This document shows positions 58,974 to 64,000 of a stretch of 64,000 bases of DNA, piece by piece. Every line of letters begins with the position of its first letter. Position 1 is the stretch's first letter. The notes beneath the pieces were generated by a model. The model saw nothing but the letters and a program-made list of their open reading frames with translations. It was not told where the DNA came from and ran no database searches. The stretch lies in the NCBI GenBank assembly GCA_963719355.1, contig CAVRBZ010000008.1:408710-472709 (forward strand). Reading direction: 5' to 3'. The stretch comes from an uncultured Solirubrobacterales bacterium. Its GTDB lineage: Bacteria > Actinomycetota > Thermoleophilia > Solirubrobacterales > Solirubrobacteraceae. Both the position numbers and the translations under genes were made by a program.

Positions 58974-60758
58974 TCAAAGCGCCCGCTCGAGCCGTGAGAC
59001 GACCTGCCGGATTCTTTCGAGCACCATCTCCCGGTTCGTCGCGAGCTGGCCGATTCCGCTCGCTCCGTCCGCGCGCGCGCGGCGGATCGCGCGCTCGATC
59101 CGCGACTTCTCCAGTACGAGGCGGGCGTGTTCGACGTGCTCGGGAGCCACCGAATGGAGCCGGCCCGCGCGAGCCACCAAGGCGGCGATGACCCGGGCGA
59201 GGTCCTCGTCGTCGCGCGGTATGTCGCCGAGGGGTGTGCCAGCGCGTCCCGCCAGATGCCGTGCCGCGCGGCGAAGCACGCTGCTCGTCAACAGCTCATC
59301 GGGATCGATTTGGGAAAGCGTCTGCTCACCCGCCTCCGGCGCCGCGATGCACATCGCCAGGAAAGTCTGCTCGGCGCGGACGTCCTGATCGAGCTGACTG
59401 GTGGTGGCCGCGCTCGATTGGGACGTGCCGGCGCCCTGGTTCGCCGGCGTGGCCTCGACGCTCTCCTCCAGCGAGGCCAGGGCTTCGGGCGGAATGCCTA
59501 GCCAGTCCGCCTCCTGTCTACGCCGTTCGTTGCGCTCGACGCCGTCCGGCAACCGCGCCAGCACGGCTGCCGTCTCGCGTGCCGCGCGTTCCCTCCCCTC
59601 GGCTGACCCGATGTCGGCGCGGCCACGGATCCGCTTGAGCTCGAACTCGACGAACGGCTCCGACATGGCTAGCCGCTCGCGTAGCGCATCCGCGCCTGCG
59701 CGCTCGATGAGTTCCGCCGGATCCGTCCCATCCGGGAGCGGGACGACCTGGAGCCCGACCTGCTGGTCTCTAGTCAGCTCCGCCGCGCGGAGCATGGCCT
59801 CCTGCCCGGCTCGGTCGGCATCCAGGCACAACACCAAGACCTTCGCCACACGTCTCAGCTCCCCCACTTGCTTCTCGGTCAGCGCCGTCCCCATGATCCC
59901 GACCGCGTTCACGAGCCCAGCCTGATGGAGCGCGAGCACGTCGGTGTAACCCTCCACGAGGATCATCCGACGCTCCCGCGCCGCGGTCGCGCGGGCCCGG
60001 TCGATACCGAACAGCACGCTGCGCTTCTGGTAGATCTCGCCTTCCGCTGTGTTCAGGTACTTCGGCTGCTGGTTCTCGCGCATCGCCCGCGCGCCGAATC
60101 CCAGCACCCGCCCCCGTGCGTCGGCGCACGGGAACATGATCCGCTCGCGGAAGCGGTCGTAGATCCGGCCCGGATTCGTCTTGGAGCGCTGGGCCAGACC
60201 GACCGCGAGCAGCTCCTGGTCGCTGAAGCCGGCGCGCCGCGAGGCGGTGAGCATGCGGTCCCACGCGCTCGGGGCGTAACCCACGCGGAAGTTGCGCAAC
60301 GTCTCCTCGCGCAGCCCGCGGCCAAGCAGATACGCGCGCGCCGGCTGCGCCTCACGAGCCTCCCACAGGTACCGAGCGTAATAGCCTGCGGCGCGCTCTA
60401 ACAGAGCACGCAGCCGCTCCGTTCGCTGCCGCCGGGAGGCCGCTCCGGGGTCGTCCTCCACGGTCTCGAGCTGTACTCCGAAGCGGTCGGCCAACGTCTC
60501 CAGGGCACGGACGAAGTCGAGACCCTCGGTCTCCATCACGAAGGTGAATAGGTCGCCAGACGCCTGGCAGCCAAAGCAGTAGTAGACCTTCGCATCGGTG
60601 TTCACTCCGAACGACGGCGTTCGCTCGTCGTGGAACGGGCAGCGGCCGACATATTCGCCAGCGCCGGAGCGGCGCAGCTCGGTGCGCTCCGAGACGACAG
60701 CCACCATGTCGACCGCGTCACGGACGCGGTCGCGGGAGTCGGCCGTGTACCTGGTCAC
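58974..60758 (-). CDS. dnaG: DNA primase
   Basis: CPFH..TPSF..YCFGC zinc finger, GFGAR, PKYLN, VEGYTD and DADRAG (Toprim). Confidence 0.95.
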   Translation of the reverse strand: MTRYTADSRDRVRDAVDMVAVVSERTELRRSGAGEYVGRCPFHDERTPSFGVNTDAKVYYCFGCQASGDLFTFVMETEGLDFVRALETLADRFGVQLETVEDDPGAASRRQRTERLRALLERAAGYYARYLWEAREAQPARAYLLGRGLREETLRNFRVGYAPSAWDRMLTASRRAGFSDQELLAVGLAQRSKTNPGRIYDRFRERIMFPCADARGRVLGFGARAMRENQQPKYLNTAEGEIYQKRSVLFGIDRARATAARERRMILVEGYTDVLALHQAGLVNAVGIMGTALTEKQVGELRRVAKVLVLCLDADRAGQEAMLRAAELTRDQQVGLQVVPLPDGTDPAELIERAGADALRERLAMSEPFVEFELKRIRGRADIGSAEGRERAARETAAVLARLPDGVERNERRRQEADWLGIPPEALASLEESVEATPANQGAGTSQSSAATTSQLDQDVRAEQTFLAMCIAAPEAGEQTLSQIDPDELLTSSVLRRAARHLAGRAGTPLGDIPRDDEDLARVIAALVARAGRLHSVAPEHVEHARLVLEKSRIERAIRRARADGASGIGQLATNREMVLERIRQVVSRLERAL

Positions 60759-61810
60759 GGCGCGAACGCCACCGGCACGCTCAGCGCCTCGAACGTGCGG
60801 ATGCAGAACCGGTCGGTCATCCCGGCCAGGTAGTCGGTGACGCGGCGCGAAAGTTCCCCCGGCGGGATCGAATCGGGGATCTCCTCCGGATAGGCGCAGT
60901 AGTGGTCGAACAGCGATCTGATCACCTGGCGGATCTTGGCGTGCTCGCGCGTGGCCTCCGGCCCGAGGTAGACGCGCTCGAACATGAACTCGCGCAGCTC
61001 GGCCATCGCGCCGCCCACGATCTCGCCCTGGACGATGTCGCCGGCCGCCTCTGAATGCTCCACGAGATCGTGCACGAGCATGTCGATGCGCGTCGGACCC
61101 GACTCCCCCAGGATCTCGATCGGCCTGGCCGGGAGAGCGCCGGGCGAGAGCAGCCCCGCGCGTACGGCGTCGTCGATGTCGTGGTTGATGTAGGCCACCC
61201 GATCCATCAGGCGGACGATCTTGCCCTCGAGCGTGGCCGGCGGGCGTGCCCGGCCGGAGTGGGCCACGATCCCGTCCCGCACGGGCGCCGTCAGGTTGAG
61301 GCCGAGGCCATCGCGCTCGAGCGTGTCGACCACCCGCAGCGAATGCTCGTGGTGCATGAACGACACCCCGAACCGCGCGGCCAGGCACCCGTCCAGCGCG
61401 TCCTCCCCGACGTGGCCGAAGGGCGGATGGCCGAGGTCGTGCCCGAGGCCGATCGCCTCGACCAGGTCCTCGTTCAGGCTGAGCGCCCGCGCGACCGTGC
61501 GCGAGATCTGCGTGACTTCGAGCGTGTGGGTCAGCCGGGTCCGATAGTGGTCGCCGGCAGGCGCGACGAACACCTGGGTCTTGTGCTTGAGCCGCCGGAA
61601 CGCCTTGCAGTGCACGATTCGGTCACGGTCGCGCTGGAACGGCGTGCGCAGCCCGCAGTCCGGCTCTTCGCGGCGCCGGTCGGCGGGATAGGAGCGCGTC
61701 GCGTTCGGCGCGAGATCACGCTCCTCGCGGGCGCGGATCCGCTGCTCGAACGCCGCCGCGACTGGGCCGGCGGGATGCTCGCCGCGCGAGCTGAGGACTT
61801 GACCGCTCAT
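60755..61810 (-). CDS. dgt: Deoxyguanosinetriphosphate triphosphohydrolase
   Basis: FQRDRDRI, KTQVF, RTRLTH, HDLGHPPFGH and DYLAGMTD. Start approximate. Confidence 0.92.
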   Translation of the reverse strand: MSGQVLSSRGEHPAGPVAAAFEQRIRAREERDLAPNATRSYPADRRREEPDCGLRTPFQRDRDRIVHCKAFRRLKHKTQVFVAPAGDHYRTRLTHTLEVTQISRTVARALSLNEDLVEAIGLGHDLGHPPFGHVGEDALDGCLAARFGVSFMHHEHSLRVVDTLERDGLGLNLTAPVRDGIVAHSGRARPPATLEGKIVRLMDRVAYINHDIDDAVRAGLLSPGALPARPIEILGESGPTRIDMLVHDLVEHSEAAGDIVQGEIVGGAMAELREFMFERVYLGPEATREHAKIRQVIRSLFDHYCAYPEEIPDSIPPGELSRRVTDYLAGMTDRFCIRTFEALSVPVAFAP

Positions 61811-62018
61811 CGTCATCGATTCTGACAGCGGCCGGCGACGGGCGAGACGAGCCCACACAAAGCCGTCACAGGCCTGCCGGCGTCCATTCCCGCGCCCAAT
61901 TGTTTTGATGGCTTCGGGTGGCGGTTGGTTGGGTAGTCGAGATATTGGAATGCTCGCGTCGGGGGGTGAGGCTAGGAAGCGGGCGGTTTTCTCTCGAGTT
62001 GACGATGGAGGCAGTTGG

Positions 62019-62960
62019 ATGACCCAGTCAGAGCAGAAGGTTGTGCAGTACCTGAACGAGGCGCACGCGAGCGAGGTCAGCTTGGTGAGCGTTCTGCAGT
62101 CCCAGATCGCGATCAGTCCGCAGGGGTCTTATCGCGAGGGGTTGGAGAAGCATCTGGGCGAGACGCGCGAGCACGCGCGCCGCCTGCGAGCGCGTCTTGG
62201 AGAGCTCGGGCACGCAGGCAACCCGTTCCAGGCGTTTGTTGGCTTCAGCGAGACGGTGATCGGTCAGATGGTTGCCTTGAGCAAGGCGCCATTTGACCTT
62301 TGGCGCGGGGCCAGCGGCGCGGAGAAGGTGCTCAAGGACGCCAAGGATGCGTGCGCGAGCGAGGCGCTCGAGATCGCCACCTATACCGCCCTGGAGCGGC
62401 TGGCGGCGCACGTAGGAGACGCCCAGACGGCGAGGCTCGCGAAGTCGATCCGCGGCGACGAGGAGCGGATGCTGGGGCGCATCCTGCGGGAGATCCCCAA
62501 GCTGACCGATGCAGTCGCGCAGGCGGAAATCGAGCCGCCCGCATCTGATGACATCAGCCAGACGGGCGCAGCAGGTCGCGCGCGTGGGGTAACGCGTCGG
62601 GCCAATCACTCCTCGCGGGCGAACGCGACGGCGCGTGCCAACAAGACCTCGCGTGCCAACAAGACGCAGTCGGCCGACAGGACGGGGCCGAAGGCACGAA
62701 CGCCCGCCAGGAACACGACCCGACAGGCGCGCCCGGCGGCCAGCTCGAGACAGGTCGAACGCCAGCACCACCACGCCGAGGAGCCGTGGCCCGGGTATGA
62801 CCAGCTGTCGGTGACTGAGGTCGAGGCGGTTCTGAACGAGGGCGACCTGCAACGCGCACAAGCCGTAGCTGAGTACGAGCGGGCCCACAAGAACCGGCCC
62901 GAGGTCATCCGCAGCGCCATGATCCCGGCCCGGTTCGTACTGTCGACGGCCGGTCGCTGA
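62019..62960 (+). CDS. DUF892/YciE-F ferritin-like stress protein with C-terminal extension
   Basis: YLNEAH, HLGETREH, EALEIATY and DEERM. C-terminal PWPGYDQL..YERAHKNR. GGAGG SD. Confidence 0.82.
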   Translation: MTQSEQKVVQYLNEAHASEVSLVSVLQSQIAISPQGSYREGLEKHLGETREHARRLRARLGELGHAGNPFQAFVGFSETVIGQMVALSKAPFDLWRGASGAEKVLKDAKDACASEALEIATYTALERLAAHVGDAQTARLAKSIRGDEERMLGRILREIPKLTDAVAQAEIEPPASDDISQTGAAGRARGVTRRANHSSRANATARANKTSRANKTQSADRTGPKARTPARNTTRQARPAASSRQVERQHHHAEEPWPGYDQLSVTEVEAVLNEGDLQRAQAVAEYERAHKNRPEVIRSAMIPARFVLSTAGR

Positions 62961-63012
62961 GTCTCCTTCGCCGCGCGCGGTGGCAGCGTGCGGATGGCGC
63001 TCGCGCCAAACC

Positions 63013-63080
63013 CGGCCGGGCCTGGCCGACCCGGTCAGCGCCGGCTCGGCCGGGCCTGGCCGAGCCGGTCAGCGCCGGCG
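63013..63080. repeat. 34-bp tandem duplication spanning the recO stop
   Basis: CGGCCGGGCCTGGCCGA(C/G)CCGGTCAGCGCCGGC(T/G) x2. Confidence 0.85.
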
Positions 63081-63794
63081 CACCAGCGGGCGGAGTCGCA
63101 CGTGGGCGTGATGCTCGGCCGTCTCGGTGATCGCGCGCTCCGCCTGGGCCAGCGCCAGCTCGGACGCATCGGGCGCCTGCGCAAGCGGGCGCCCGAGCGC
63201 ACCGACCAGGAAGCTGTGCGACTCCTGGCCGAGCGGAAAGGCGGCCGCCTCACACGAGCTGCACACGACCCCGCCGGCGGCGGCGGAAAACCCTTGCAGG
63301 TGCTCCGACTCGCCACACCCGGCGCACGAGCCAAGCTGGGGAACGATGCCCGCGATGAGGAGGAGCTTCAGGCGAAAGGCCAGCCCGGTGGCCGGTCGCG
63401 CGTGCGCCGGATCGAGATCGAGGAGCGCCAACTCGTTGGCGAGCAGGCGAAACACCTCAGGATGGGGGTCCGGGGTCTCGAACAGTCGCGCCACCGCGTC
63501 GCAGGCGCGCGCGGCGGCGTCCAGGGTCGCCGCATGGTCGCGTAGGCCGGGGTGTGCCGCCACCGTGTCGACGCCGGTGACCGTGTGCAGGTCGCCGCGG
63601 CCTTCGTGAAGGATCACGCGGATGTGGAAGAACGGCTCGAGCCGCGCCCCGAACCGGCTGCGCGCGCGCCGCGCCCCTTTGGCGATTGCGGCTACGCGGC
63701 CGTAGCCCGGGGTATATAGGTGGAGAACCCGGTCGGCCTCGCCGTAGCGGATCGAGCGCAGCACGATGGCCTCGGTCTTCAGCGAGCCCGCCAC
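63069..63794 (-). CDS. recO: DNA repair protein RecO
   Basis: EAIVLRSIRYGEADR, AKGARR..SRFGARLEPF and CAGC..CSSC. Confidence 0.93.
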   Translation of the reverse strand: MAGSLKTEAIVLRSIRYGEADRVLHLYTPGYGRVAAIAKGARRARSRFGARLEPFFHIRVILHEGRGDLHTVTGVDTVAAHPGLRDHAATLDAAARACDAVARLFETPDPHPEVFRLLANELALLDLDPAHARPATGLAFRLKLLLIAGIVPQLGSCAGCGESEHLQGFSAAAGGVVCSSCEAAAFPLGQESHSFLVGALGRPLAQAPDASELALAQAERAITETAEHHAHVRLRPLVRRR

Positions 63795-63824
63795 GATCCC
63801 CCCGCTATATTTTCTGAAGTAACT

Positions 63825-64000
63825 ATGTCGCCGATCACTCTGTACACCACCGAGGCTTGTCCGTTCTGCACGAGCGCGAAGGCCCTGCTGGCCAAGCGCG
63901 GCATCGCCTACGAGGAGATCAATCTGGCACGGGACCCGGACGGCCGTGCCGAGCTCCAGGAGCGCACAGGCATGTACACCTTCCCTCAGATCATCATCGG
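63825..64000 (+). CDS. Glutaredoxin (truncated by window end)
   Basis: MSPITLYTTEACPFCTSAKALL..TGMYTFPQII, with CPFC and TFPQI motifs. Confidence 0.88.
   Translation, partial: MSPITLYTTEACPFCTSAKALLAKRGIAYEEINLARDPDGRAELQERTGMYTFPQIII

Overview
High-GC actinobacterial chromosomal window, most consistent with Thermoleophilia/Solirubrobacterales (inferred from gene content and the Crp-family paralogue; not tested). Left end (1-7.7 kb, minus strand): a group 1h (high-affinity, actinobacterial-type) [NiFe]-hydrogenase operon, hypC-hypC2-hypD-hypE-hypA-hhyS-hhyL-NifU/Rieske-DUF5947-like-small ORF, which runs off the window. It is transcribed divergently from a Crp/Fnr regulator across a perfect 11-7-11 bp palindrome. 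Next come a co-oriented seven-gene Mrp-type antiporter module lacking MrpA and in MBH-like gene order, an F420-dependent LLM oxidoreductase, PfpI, a SAM-I riboswitch-controlled thrC-like/sulfur-carrier pair, and an isolated replication-relaxation nuclease plus type IV coupling ATPase pair. The rest is mostly core: relA/spoT, recJ, secDF, ruvCAB, yebC, PMM/PGM, split putA, pdxST, aconitase, malate synthase, tRNA-Ile2(CAU), tRNA-Asn, dnaG, dgt, recO and a truncated glutaredoxin. No CRISPR array, rRNA, integrase or transposase was seen. All calls come from motif recognition by eye. Many starts were moved from the ORF track to more plausible internal codons.
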